Notes under the pieces: generated by a model | Seen by the model: the letters and a program-made list of their open reading frames with translations, nothing else | Databases searched by the model: none | What the model was told of the DNA's origin: nothing | Shown: one piece after another, positions 1-10,099 of the stretch | Numbering within the stretch: position 1 is the stretch's first letter | Layout of the letters: the number at the start of each line of letters is the position of its first letter | Translations under genes and position numbers: made by a program | Source: Sulfolobales archaeon | GTDB taxonomy: Archaea; Thermoproteota; Thermoprotei_A; Sulfolobales; AG1 | NCBI GenBank assembly: GCA_038867615.1 | Contig: JAWBYA010000006.1 | Coordinates: 33,562-97,561, forward strand | DNA length: 64,000 nucleotides | Reading direction: 5' to 3'

Positions 1-67
1 CCCTCGAGCTGTTGAGGAGGATATCTTATAGCCTCTAGACTCTTTAATAAGGATATATGGATGCTGG

Positions 68-1897
68 GTGAATCATATTATGGGTATAGCACCAATGCTA
101 TTTGAAACACTTTCAGAGACTTTCGAGAGGCTTGAGACCACGTCAAGCAGGATCCAGATGACAGCGATACTCACGGAGCTCTTCAAAAAAGCAGATCCTG
201 AGGATATAGATAAGGTTGTATATCTACTCCAAGGAGAGCTATGGCCCCAGTGGAAGGGAGAGCCTGAGATAGGTGTGGGGGAGAAGCTCCTGATCAAGGC
301 CCTCTCCCTAGCATTAGCAACACCGGAATCGGAGGTTGAGAAGCTATATAAAAGACTAGGCGATCTGGGAAGGGCTGCTGAGCAGCTCAAGGCTTCTAAG
401 AAAACCCCCACAGGAGGTCTTATAGCTTTCATGGGTGGGCAGACTAGAAAGCTAAGCGTATCTGAGGTTTATAACTCTTTGGCGAGGGTTGCAAGGCTTG
501 TTGGCGAGGGTTCTAGGGATCTTAAGATAAAGATCCTTGTCTCCTTATTACAAGACGCATCGCCTAAAGAGGCTAAGTATATCGTGAGACTTGTTGAGGG
601 TAATCTAAGGCTGGGTGTGGGGGATGCAACGATAATGGATGCTCTTGCCCAGGCTTTTGGTGGGAGCGATGCTGCTAGACCTATTGTTGAGAGAGCCTAT
701 AACCTAAGGGCTGATCTTGGGAATATAGCGAAAATCCTTGCTAAAGAGGGTATAGAGGCTCTCAAGAAGATCTCCCCGGAGGTTGGTATACCTATCAGAC
801 CAATGCTTGCCGAGAGGCTTGACAACGCGAGAGAGATCCTTGAGAAGGTTGGTGGGAGAGGTGTTGCTGAGTATAAATATGATGGTGAGAGGGCCCAGAT
901 CCATAAGAAGGGAGACACAATCCAGATCTTCTCGAGAAGGCTTGAAAACATAACCCACCAATACCCCGACGTCGTGGAGATGGCTAGGAAGCATATAAAA
1001 GCTAGGGAGGCGATCGTTGAGGGAGAGATAGTAGCAATAGACCCCGAGACGGGGGAGATGAGACCCTTCCAAGAGCTAATGCATAGGAAGAGGAAGCATG
1101 ATGTGAGCGATATTGCTAAGAAATACCCAGTCGTTGTAAAGCTCTTCGACGCTCTCTACGTAGATGGCGAGGATCTTACAGATAAGCCTTTCACCGTTAG
1201 GAGAGAGATCCTCGAGAAGATAGTTGAACAAGGGCCTAGCTTCTCAATAGCCAGCTACATGGTAGTAGAGGATCCAGAAGATCTCGATAGATTCTTCCTA
1301 AAAGCTATAGAGGATGGGTGCGAAGGAGTAGTGGTTAAGGCAATCCACCAAAAAGCAGTCTACCAGGCTGGTGCGAGAGGCTGGCTCTGGATCAAGTACA
1401 AGAGGGATTATAAGAGCGAGATGATAGATAGCGTGGATCTCGTTGTCGTTGGAGCGTTCTATGGGAGAGGGAGGAGGGCTGGCTTGTTCGGAACAGTACT
1501 CCTAGCAGCCTATGATCCGGAGAAGGATGTGTTCAAAACGGTATGCAAGGTTGGTACAGGATTCACAGACCAGGATCTAGCTGAGATGAACAAGATGCTC
1601 CAACCACTAATAATAAAGCATAGGCACCCAAGAGTAGTATCGGATATAGAGCCAGATGTATGGATAGTCCCCCAACTCGTAATGGAGGTAATAGGAGCAG
1701 AGCTAACACTCTCACCCCTCCACACATGCTGCAAAGACGCAGCAAGACAGGGGGCAGGGATCTCGATAAGATTCCCGAGATTCATTAGATGGAGAATGGA
1801 TAAAAAACCAGAAGACGCCACCACAGAGAAAGAGCTCCTCGAAATGTATATAAGGCAGATGAAGAAGATCGAAGAAACAGAAGCCCCAGCCCCGTAG
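68..1897 (+). CDS. lig: ATP-dependent DNA ligase
   Basis: Adenylation motif EYKYDGERAQ, EGVVVK, WIKYKRDY and C-terminal SIRFPRF, typical of archaeal DNA ligase. The true start may be a later ATG (80 or 95). Confidence 0.97.
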   Translation: MNHIMGIAPMLFETLSETFERLETTSSRIQMTAILTELFKKADPEDIDKVVYLLQGELWPQWKGEPEIGVGEKLLIKALSLALATPESEVEKLYKRLGDLGRAAEQLKASKKTPTGGLIAFMGGQTRKLSVSEVYNSLARVARLVGEGSRDLKIKILVSLLQDASPKEAKYIVRLVEGNLRLGVGDATIMDALAQAFGGSDAARPIVERAYNLRADLGNIAKILAKEGIEALKKISPEVGIPIRPMLAERLDNAREILEKVGGRGVAEYKYDGERAQIHKKGDTIQIFSRRLENITHQYPDVVEMARKHIKAREAIVEGEIVAIDPETGEMRPFQELMHRKRKHDVSDIAKKYPVVVKLFDALYVDGEDLTDKPFTVRREILEKIVEQGPSFSIASYMVVEDPEDLDRFFLKAIEDGCEGVVVKAIHQKAVYQAGARGWLWIKYKRDYKSEMIDSVDLVVVGAFYGRGRRAGLFGTVLLAAYDPEKDVFKTVCKVGTGFTDQDLAEMNKMLQPLIIKHRHPRVVSDIEPDVWIVPQLVMEVIGAELTLSPLHTCCKDAARQGAGISIRFPRFIRWRMDKKPEDATTEKELLEMYIRQMKKIEETEAPAP

Positions 1898-2143
1898 CAT
1901 CTCAACTCCACACGAGATCTTGGGTATCGATAATAACAAGCATGAAGATCCTCAGAGCCGCCTGTATCTATTACAAACCCTAACACCAATTACCTACCCA
2001 TAGAATCGTTAGAAGATCTCTACCTACGATCTTATATGGGATACATAACAGGGATTCTAGCTTGGATCTATGGTTATCTTCACAGCTCAATAGCTATCTC
2101 GATACTTATTTTTATCCTTGGGCTCATATATTGTGAGGCATAG

Positions 2144-2932
2144 GTGTTGGCTGAATCTGTTGCCAAGTCGATTATCGAGAGCGTCCTGGCAGAATATGTT
2201 AAACGTATCGTTGAGAAGGCCTCCAAAGGTAAGAGGCTGAGCGACTGGGAGGTTGGGATACTTATGATAGACTATACCAGATCCATTATGAATGAGAGGA
2301 TAAGTAGTGTTGAGAAAAGCCTAAGCGAAAGAATTAATAACGTTGAGAAAGGTCTTAATGAAAGAATTAACAACATAGAGAAAAACCTCAGCGAAAGGAT
2401 CAACAACGTTGAAAAAAGCCTCAACGAAAGGATTGACAATGTTGAGAAAAACCTAAATGAAAGGATCAATAGTGTTGAAAAAAGCTTAAGTGAGAGAATC
2501 AGCAGTATTGAAAAAAGCCTTACAGATAGAATTGACAGCATCGAGAAAAGCCTCAACGAAAGGATCAACAACGTTGAAAAAAGCCTCAACGAAAGGATTG
2601 ACAATGTTGAGAAAGATCTTGGCGAAAGGATTAATAACGTTGAGAAAAGTCTTACAGATAGAATCAGTAATACCGAGAAAAACCTTAATGAAAGGATTAA
2701 TAACGTTGAGAAAAGTCTTAATGAGAGAATCAATAGTGTTGAAGAAAGCTTGGGTGAGAGGATTGATAACAGAGACAAGCTGGTGGCAGAGAAGATAGAG
2801 AGTATAAATGCAAGGCTTAAAAAGGTGGAGGATGATATAGACTATATTAAGAGGAGCCTTGATAGCCTGAGGGATAATGTGATAAATGTTCTTGTAGCAG
2901 AGCTTAAGAGGAGGATGGAGAAAGAGGTCTGA
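2144..2932 (+). CDS. PaREP15-like coiled-coil protein with expanded 11-aa repeats
   Basis: N-terminus LAEYVKRIVEKASKGKRLSDWEVGILM is shared with the paralogue at 17404-18015 and is followed by about 14 (L)NERINNVEKS units. Confidence 0.8.
   Translation: MLAESVAKSIIESVLAEYVKRIVEKASKGKRLSDWEVGILMIDYTRSIMNERISSVEKSLSERINNVEKGLNERINNIEKNLSERINNVEKSLNERIDNVEKNLNERINSVEKSLSERISSIEKSLTDRIDSIEKSLNERINNVEKSLNERIDNVEKDLGERINNVEKSLTDRISNTEKNLNERINNVEKSLNERINSVEESLGERIDNRDKLVAEKIESINARLKKVEDDIDYIKRSLDSLRDNVINVLVAELKRRMEKEV
2288..2782 (+). repeat. Intragenic 33-bp tandem repeat (about 14-15 degenerate units)
   Basis: Units of the form ctNaaYgaRagRatYaaYaaYgttgaRaaRagY. A 48-nt block (aacaacgttgaaaaaagcctcaacgaaaggattgacaatgttgagaaa) occurs identically near 2402 and 2567. 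Confidence 0.9.
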
Positions 2933-2954
2933 GGATTCCAAGGGTCAGGCTAGG

Positions 2955-4253
2955 TTAGGAGATCTCTATAGGCTCGAGTGATGAGAATTTGCTGAATAGT
3001 CTGAAGTGCTCTCTTAGATCGCCGTAAACCACTACTGTGTGGTTGCCTAGGGCTTTGTCTATGATATCCCTTACCTTGCCATTAACCTTCACCTCGATCT
3101 GTGTTCTGCAGAGGTCTTTTCTCCCGAGATCTCCGTTCACGATAACCCCTGTTCCGAAGAATATTTTGTCGAGATCCTTGCCACCTATCCTTGCGAACGT
3201 GACTGTCTCGCCTTCTCTCATCTTACCCCTTATAGCTACTGTTCTATCTGTCTCGTAGTATGAGAGGAGCACGGATGCCTTGGGATCTATCATTGATATT
3301 GGTACTGTGCAGTGGGAGAACACGGCTGTATTGGCACTCTCATTGATCCTTGTTATGTTAGCCATAAACGATGCCCTCCCAACCATGCGGTGTATTATTA
3401 GCTTTGTTATCACAGCATCATGCTCACCCTCATAGTCCGAGGGGATTCCGTCATCGCTTAGAAGGGCTACTCCTAGATACGGGCCCCAATCCCTGAGGGA
3501 GAGGTCAAGCATGTCTCTGGCCTCAACGGCTGCTGAGGATATAGAGTATTTCTTAACAAGCTCCCTCATACCTATATATAGCCTCACGGCTTTCTCAAGA
3601 TCATCGTCACTCCTATCCACCTTCCCAAAGGTGTTTTTAAGCCATGCAATCTTCTCACCAACCTCTCTAGCATCTGCTTTCAAGGCTATATCGAACATCT
3701 CCTCCCACCTGATCTTAACCATCTCAAGCCCAAGCCTTTTCCTCAGGGTCTCTGGTGACCTTCTAATCAGGAGCCATGGCTCCTGCTCACCGATCTGGGC
3801 AAACCTCGATCCTGGGAGCGTTACAAAAGCCCTTAGAACGCTGAGGAATGGCGAGATCTTTTCACCAACCTCTGGTACATCGCCATAGCTAACACCAACA
3901 TCCACACCATCGTATCTCAGGGCTGCAACAGCTTCTCTAACAGATGCTAGAGAATTATGACCAGGGTGAGCATACACCAAAAGGGGTTTCCCAAACTCCC
4001 TACCAATCCTATAGATCATCCTATCAGTACCCCCGCTCCACACAACAATAACCCCTCCATCAACCCAATCCCTATACCTGCGTGCCATAAGCTCGGCATG
4101 ATCAGCGCTTGTCACCAGGGGTGCAAACTCGAAGTGATCTCCTATAGATGAGAGCCTCGTCTTAACCTCCTCATACATCTCTTCAGCATATCTTCTCTGG
4201 ACATCCGAGAGGGGGGATGCAACCATAAATACAGCTATCCGCATGGCAAACAC
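2955..4253 (-). CDS. L-fucose/L-arabinose isomerase-like protein
   Basis: DYEGEHD, FSHCTVP, CRTQIEV and LGNHTVVVYGD match the C-terminal motifs of FucI-like isomerases. Confidence 0.75.
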   Translation of the reverse strand: MFAMRIAVFMVASPLSDVQRRYAEEMYEEVKTRLSSIGDHFEFAPLVTSADHAELMARRYRDWVDGGVIVVWSGGTDRMIYRIGREFGKPLLVYAHPGHNSLASVREAVAALRYDGVDVGVSYGDVPEVGEKISPFLSVLRAFVTLPGSRFAQIGEQEPWLLIRRSPETLRKRLGLEMVKIRWEEMFDIALKADAREVGEKIAWLKNTFGKVDRSDDDLEKAVRLYIGMRELVKKYSISSAAVEARDMLDLSLRDWGPYLGVALLSDDGIPSDYEGEHDAVITKLIIHRMVGRASFMANITRINESANTAVFSHCTVPISMIDPKASVLLSYYETDRTVAIRGKMREGETVTFARIGGKDLDKIFFGTGVIVNGDLGRKDLCRTQIEVKVNGKVRDIIDKALGNHTVVVYGDLREHFRLFSKFSSLEPIEIS

Positions 4254-4509
4254 CCCAGGTTATATTATCACAAATCTTATTAAACCTTCCTATAGAGAAC
4301 CCTGCCTATCTGTCCCAAACATGGCTTAACGTTCTTTTACTATAGCTTATACCTAGTCATAGGTTTCTCTTTATCCTTGGATATGGAGAAAAGCAATGGA
4401 TATCAATAAATATTAAGGGATAAGTGGCGAGCATGGGTTATGGTGTGGTTTTAGTATAATAAGGCTTGTTGTTTTCAAAAATCTATTGTTTAGATAGGGT
4501 CGTGGGAAA

Positions 4510-5841
4510 CTACCTGCTTCTGATAAGAGCTATGGCTCCGGCTATGAGGCCTATGACTGCGAGGCCTAGTGCTGCGTAGATCATGTTAAGGCTTCCAGAG
4601 ATCTTTGAGTCGAGGCTGCTAACACTATTGCTGAGATCGCTGCTCAGGCTATTCACTCTACTCTCAAGACTAGATACTCTGTTGGAGACATCGTTGATCC
4701 TGGATCCCAGCTGGTTTGCCTGAGAGCTGAGCTGTCCTGACAGCTGTGAGATCTTTGAATCGAGATCCTTTATCATAGACATCGCGTTTGATAGGCTTGT
4801 CTCTAGATCCCTCATCCTTTTCTCCGTCGATGCAACATATTTAAGCTCACCCATATACCCGGTTGCCCAGAGAACCATGTTTCTAACAAACCTGGGGCCG
4901 TCGAGCATAACACCATAATACTGGGCAGTTATCCCTGGCTGGTAGTCACCAATAGGGCTTTCAGACGATACTATTATTGTCGCGTTCTTGATTACCTGCA
5001 CAGCAACCATCGGGAATGATCCTGTGTCGCCAGCGCTATAAGCCTGGCCCAGAAGACCCCTGGGCGGGGCTGTGTTCTCAACAATCTTACCGTTCGGCGA
5101 TGACCATACTATAACACTTATACCTTGCGGAACATTGTCAGGCTTTATAGCGCTCCACGAGCCTGTAGCTAGATCTCTATATGCAACAACCCCTGGACCG
5201 TGCATCAATATCTTCTCAGCCCCGAAGCCTAGGAAGGAGAGACCCTGAGGCGGTTTGATCAACGCGACAACCCTATATGGTGCCTGAGCGTTTGACACAG
5301 GATCCTCTACCGAAGCATAGTCCAGGGCTAGATTGCTCCCCAGGGCCTCGAGGATCTTATTAACAATCGCTATAGAGGTCTCTCCAGGGGGATAATCACT
5401 ATCTCCAGCGACCCATAAGGCTCTACCGCGAGTCTCTAGATAGCTCTTTATAGCCTGTATCTCCTCCGCTGTGAACTCCTTAGTGGGCTGGGGTATTATG
5501 AGGAGATCTGTTAGGAGTGATGTGAGTGTAACGGTCTTCCCATCGGGTGTTGTCATCTTATCAAGGGTTCCTATAAGGTATCCCGATATAAGGCTCCTAG
5601 CTACTGGGTCGAGCTTTGCTAGATCCTTCTCCGATGATAGAAGCACATAGACCTCGCCATCATATAGAGTTTTAACAAGTATATCGAGACCCTTCGGCGA
5701 CTCACCATGGGCTAGGTCTACAACAACTACATACCCAACAGCTGATCTAGCTGGCAGAGCTCCATAGATCGAGAATGCGGCAGCGGCTAGAGCAAGGATC
5801 AGGGTTAGCGATAAAGCTAACCTGAAACTGCTTCTCACCAC
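4510..5841 (-). CDS. Surface-anchored GldG/DUF4350-like protein with coiled-coil stalk
   Basis: Signal peptide, DLAHGE, LWVAGDSDY, a heptad coiled coil and a C-terminal TM helix. Confidence 0.6.
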   Translation of the reverse strand: MVRSSFRLALSLTLILALAAAAFSIYGALPARSAVGYVVVVDLAHGESPKGLDILVKTLYDGEVYVLLSSEKDLAKLDPVARSLISGYLIGTLDKMTTPDGKTVTLTSLLTDLLIIPQPTKEFTAEEIQAIKSYLETRGRALWVAGDSDYPPGETSIAIVNKILEALGSNLALDYASVEDPVSNAQAPYRVVALIKPPQGLSFLGFGAEKILMHGPGVVAYRDLATGSWSAIKPDNVPQGISVIVWSSPNGKIVENTAPPRGLLGQAYSAGDTGSFPMVAVQVIKNATIIVSSESPIGDYQPGITAQYYGVMLDGPRFVRNMVLWATGYMGELKYVASTEKRMRDLETSLSNAMSMIKDLDSKISQLSGQLSSQANQLGSRINDVSNRVSSLESRVNSLSSDLSNSVSSLDSKISGSLNMIYAALGLAVIGLIAGAIALIRSR

Positions 5842-6004
5842 CTATAACACCCCCAGAAATATTTGTTAAACAGAATATAAATACAATGCATCCTTTACAC
5901 AAAATCATGAAATACCACACATTATCTATAAAAAACAATTTATTATCCTAATCCATGCTACCAAGCTCCGCAAAGCCTGCCTTCTCATAGCTAGTTGGTT
6001 ATCC

Positions 6005-7597
6005 TCACATGCTCGCTAGGATTTTTAGGAGCTCTTGATACCTGCTCTCAGCAGCCTTGGCTATTGCAGCCCTGTAGGTATCTATAAGGTTCTGATCCTT
6101 GAGCAAAATGCTATTGATCCTCTGGGCGTTCTCCTTAGTAAACACTATCTTCTGACCACTCACCGGGTCTGTGAATTCAAGCAGACCGCCTATATATTTG
6201 CTAGCAAGCTCTTGGAACTTCTCCCTCGTTATAGTCTTATCCCTCAGCAGCTTTGCCACAAGGGCTTGCCATGCTAGCTTGAAGCTAGGCGGATCCACGA
6301 AGGCTCCGTCGAAATAGACCTGCATAGCTACCTCATAGCTCAATGCCTCGTCATCGCTGAAGTTGATGCTTCTAAGGCTTAACGTCTGCTGGTAAGAATT
6401 TCTCAGATCAGGTCTCTTAGCACCCTCGGGCGTGTCGAAAACCTTGGGGTTGGCTGGCATCCTGTTTATACTGGGGTCAAGCCATATCTTCTGACCCTCT
6501 GGCGAGAGAACCCAGGCTATGAATGCCTGTGCAGCCTCTCTGTATTTTGTGTTATAGGCCATCGCTATAGGATCCCCATTGATCACTGTAGCCCCTTCTG
6601 GCACAATATATCTTGTAGCTGGGTTCTGATTCATAGCTGTATAGCCGTAGAAATCTATAGTGAGGGCTGCGGCCACCTCGCCATTTATCACAGCATTCCT
6701 GGCATCCTCACTCCCAGGCTTTATATCAGAGTTAGCTGCTATGTATGCCAGCACCTCCCACCCCTTCTCCCAGCCATAGGCTTGGAGTATTATTTCAGCC
6801 ATCCTTGTTGTTGAGGTGCTCCTACTAAGCTGTGCAATAGCTACCGAGGGTTTCTTATATGTATAGAGTGTTGTTCCATACTCAGGCTTACCGAGATCCT
6901 CCCAAGTGCTTGGTACGGGGAGGTTGAACTGCTTTATAACATCGTTGTTTATAGTGATCCCGAAGGAGGATATAGCAGCAGCAATCCAGTAGATCTTACC
7001 ATCGCTCCCTATCCTCTTCATAGGACTCCCACCAATCCTGTCAGGTATATCCCTAGCAACACTGAGGACAAGGTCAGAGTCTAGAGGAGCGAGAAGGTTA
7101 TTGATATAAAGACTATCAAACAGCGTGGGACCCCCGCCCCACAGAACATCAGCACTCCCCCTCCTTATGAACTCAGGCCAGACAGCAGCATCTATAACCA
7201 CTGTCCTTATATCAACTACACCGTATCTCTTAGCAAGATCGCTCTTAAGAAAAGCATTCCTAGCCATATCGAGAATATTTGTCGGATGCCTCGAAAGGAT
7301 CCTCAGAACTATACCCTGCGGAGCCTGAGCAGTAGTCTGGGGAGTAGGTGTGGTGGTAACCCCAACCACTGTAGTCTGGGGGGTTGTCTGTTGATACGTC
7401 TGCGTAGCAGTCGTAGGCGGTGTTGTGATCGTATATGTAGGTGTCGGGGTAGTCTGAACAGGGGCAGCCGGCCCCCTCGGCATCAGCACAGCAACGGCCC
7501 CGAGCACTGCGGCGATAACGATCACTATTACCGAGATAGCCATGGTTTTTGAGAGAGCATATCTATAGCCCACAGATGGTACCCAATATCTGCTCAC
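6005..7597 (-). CDS. ABC transporter substrate-binding protein (Fe3+/PgtC-like class)
   Basis: N-terminal TM, Thr-rich linker, DVLWGGG, TWEDL, INGDPIA and FIAWVLSPEGQ. Confidence 0.85.
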   Translation of the reverse strand: MSRYWVPSVGYRYALSKTMAISVIVIVIAAVLGAVAVLMPRGPAAPVQTTPTPTYTITTPPTTATQTYQQTTPQTTVVGVTTTPTPQTTAQAPQGIVLRILSRHPTNILDMARNAFLKSDLAKRYGVVDIRTVVIDAAVWPEFIRRGSADVLWGGGPTLFDSLYINNLLAPLDSDLVLSVARDIPDRIGGSPMKRIGSDGKIYWIAAAISSFGITINNDVIKQFNLPVPSTWEDLGKPEYGTTLYTYKKPSVAIAQLSRSTSTTRMAEIILQAYGWEKGWEVLAYIAANSDIKPGSEDARNAVINGEVAAALTIDFYGYTAMNQNPATRYIVPEGATVINGDPIAMAYNTKYREAAQAFIAWVLSPEGQKIWLDPSINRMPANPKVFDTPEGAKRPDLRNSYQQTLSLRSINFSDDEALSYEVAMQVYFDGAFVDPPSFKLAWQALVAKLLRDKTITREKFQELASKYIGGLLEFTDPVSGQKIVFTKENAQRINSILLKDQNLIDTYRAAIAKAAESRYQELLKILASM

Positions 7598-7778
7598 CTA
7601 CAAAGGTAAAAATGCCACGCATATGGAGCCTCTCACCTATAAACACATACCAGGTAATACTAATGCTCGGCCATGCAGAGCGGCTCAGCATCATCATAGC
7701 ACTAGAAACCCTATTTAGCTCACCATAGGTTATGTAATATATTATCTCAACCGCCCTAACTATTGCGGGGAGGTTTCC

Positions 7779-9923
7779 ATGGAGAGATCTAGGTTTTACC
7801 TGTTATTGCTCAGCATATTAATAACGCTCTCCATACTCTCAGGAGCCTACCAGGCATCGTCTCAGCTGTCTGGGGGTCTAGAGATCATTGATCCGAGCTA
7901 CTCCGTCGCCCAGATCCTCAAGCCAGGCTCGTGGTTCTCTGCAGAGCTGAGGGGACCGCCGGGATCTATTGATGAGGCAAGCCTTTCAGCCTATCTAGCA
8001 TGCTCTATAGAGGGGAGGATCTCTAATATAAGCTTAACAATATCAGGATATATGAGGGATGGTAATAAGTATATCATTAACCTCTCAACCCCGCTGATAA
8101 GCATTCCACAGGGGTCTATGTATCCATGCAGCCTTGTCATCAACAACAAAGGCTCGCAGCTCATCAGCGAGAGGAGTGTTTATCTATATAACAAGAGCCT
8201 CACAAGACTCGGGATAATGCACATATCCGATGTTCATATGCTGCTACCAACACCCCTGGGGACAGCATTCCAGACCCTCACTTCCGCGGTTTTCCTAGCC
8301 AACGCTCTAAGCGATGTCGACATAGTTATCAACACAGGCGATACCTCAGACAGGCCGGGGGATACAGAGCTCTATAGATACTATAAAGCAGGTGTCAGGA
8401 CGCTGCTCAAACCCCTCCTAGCTGCTCCAGGGAACCATGATGGCTCGGGGATAAGCCCGGATCTATTCTCCTCGGTATACGAGCCCAGTGTTGGTAAGAT
8501 AACATGGTATAGGAGGATAGAGGGCTATCTAATAATAGGTCTAGACACATCATCAACAGGCGTTATAGATAAGTCACAGCTAGCATTTCTCGAGAACGTC
8601 CTGAGAAGCAATATCGATGCCAAAACAAAGATCATCGTGTTCCACCACCCAGTATTCAGGGCAAGCGCTAGGGGGACTTATATAGACCAGCCCCTCGCAA
8701 GTGTACCGAGCAACCTCTTCTACGCATCATGGGCAAACGCTGAGGATATAGCGAGGGAGTTCCTCAGGATCGTTGATGTCTATAACGTCTCGGCAGTCCT
8801 TGCTGGGCATGTGCATCAAGACTCCATAGTAATCTATAAGAACAAAACCATATTCATAACCACAGGAACCCTGGGAGGACCTAGATCCGAGTATAACGCC
8901 TTCAGACTGATAGACGCCTATAGCAATGGGACGGTCATACCAAGACTAGCCCCTCGCACCAACCTTGAGACCATGATGAATAGCTATAACGTGGAGAAGG
9001 CTGTGATAAGATACTGGCAGGGAGAGCTCTACTCAGGCGTCTTTATAAACATCTCAAGAGACATCGGACTCTCGATAAGCAACCTGGATATCTATGTAGA
9101 GGCTCCCAAGAAGGGTGACGTGGTTATAGAGAGAATCACATACGATGATGGAAAGAGGCAAAACATAGACCAGCTATCCAGGATAGAGATCCTGGGCGAG
9201 GATGGAGGCATAAGAACCCTATATATGGTTAGAATACCAGCCCAGGAGATCCATAGACCCCAGGGCATAGTGGTGAGGGATAAAAACATGGATATCTTCG
9301 CAAAACCCTCTATAATAGATATATCTATAAACCCACCCAGACCGAGACCCAATCTAGATCCGATCATAACCAGCATAAAAGTCTCCAGCGGCTCCACCTA
9401 TGTATATAGGGTTGAGACCAAGCTTGTTATCACCATGAGGAGTGGGAGCTCTATAGAGATCTATGGAGAAGCCCTCCCAAGCTGGGATTACAGCTCATAC
9501 CAGATCATATTCGATAAGGTAGACGCGGTTACAGCAAACCTCGTAGTAAAAGCATATGATCTCTATGGAAACACGGACGAGAAGACAATAACCATAAGGT
9601 TCAGAGAACCAACCACAACGCCAGTAACAACACCTACACCTATAACAACAACCACAACAGTAACAACAGCAAAGCCAGAGGTCACGCAATCACCAACAAT
9701 AACAGTAACAACACAGTACGGAGGGATAACACAAACAACAACATATCAAGAGCAAACAACCCCCACAACCACGAGAGCAACAGAAGCCCCGACAACCACT
9801 ACAGCTAGACAGGAAGCCCAGGCTGGGTGGAGCTCGATAACCACAGCGGTTATAGTGCTTGTAGCAGCAGTGGTTCTGATCGTGGCTCTTGTGATTAACA
9901 TGAGGAGTAGGGCTAGGAGCTGA
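7779..9923 (+). CDS. Membrane-anchored extracellular metallophosphoesterase
   Basis: Calcineurin-like motifs SDVH, TGD, PGNHD, FHHP and GHVH, plus signal peptide, Thr-rich linker and C-terminal TM. Confidence 0.88.
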   Translation: MERSRFYLLLLSILITLSILSGAYQASSQLSGGLEIIDPSYSVAQILKPGSWFSAELRGPPGSIDEASLSAYLACSIEGRISNISLTISGYMRDGNKYIINLSTPLISIPQGSMYPCSLVINNKGSQLISERSVYLYNKSLTRLGIMHISDVHMLLPTPLGTAFQTLTSAVFLANALSDVDIVINTGDTSDRPGDTELYRYYKAGVRTLLKPLLAAPGNHDGSGISPDLFSSVYEPSVGKITWYRRIEGYLIIGLDTSSTGVIDKSQLAFLENVLRSNIDAKTKIIVFHHPVFRASARGTYIDQPLASVPSNLFYASWANAEDIAREFLRIVDVYNVSAVLAGHVHQDSIVIYKNKTIFITTGTLGGPRSEYNAFRLIDAYSNGTVIPRLAPRTNLETMMNSYNVEKAVIRYWQGELYSGVFINISRDIGLSISNLDIYVEAPKKGDVVIERITYDDGKRQNIDQLSRIEILGEDGGIRTLYMVRIPAQEIHRPQGIVVRDKNMDIFAKPSIIDISINPPRPRPNLDPIITSIKVSSGSTYVYRVETKLVITMRSGSSIEIYGEALPSWDYSSYQIIFDKVDAVTANLVVKAYDLYGNTDEKTITIRFREPTTTPVTTPTPITTTTTVTTAKPEVTQSPTITVTTQYGGITQTTTYQEQTTPTTTRATEAPTTTTARQEAQAGWSSITTAVIVLVAAVVLIVALVINMRSRARS

Positions 9924-10099
9924 GGAGCAATACGCCGCTATAATGAGGAAAACAGTTCATCTTTAAAAGAAGCGTTTTTAACCCTCAAAGCCTGTTGGGT
10001 TCTTTAAAGCCCTCTAAATAGCGTTGAAAACGCTGAGAAGAGCTGCAAAGACCTCTATAATATTAACGCTTCAAACCCACTATGCAGGGGTAGGGGCGT

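Noticed and set aside
2288-2782. 33-bp periodic repeat as a CRISPR array
   Set aside because: The units are contiguous, in frame and degenerate at third codon positions, with no spacers. It is a coding repeat.
9610-9810. ACA-rich repeats
   Set aside because: They encode an ordinary Thr-rich linker of a surface protein.
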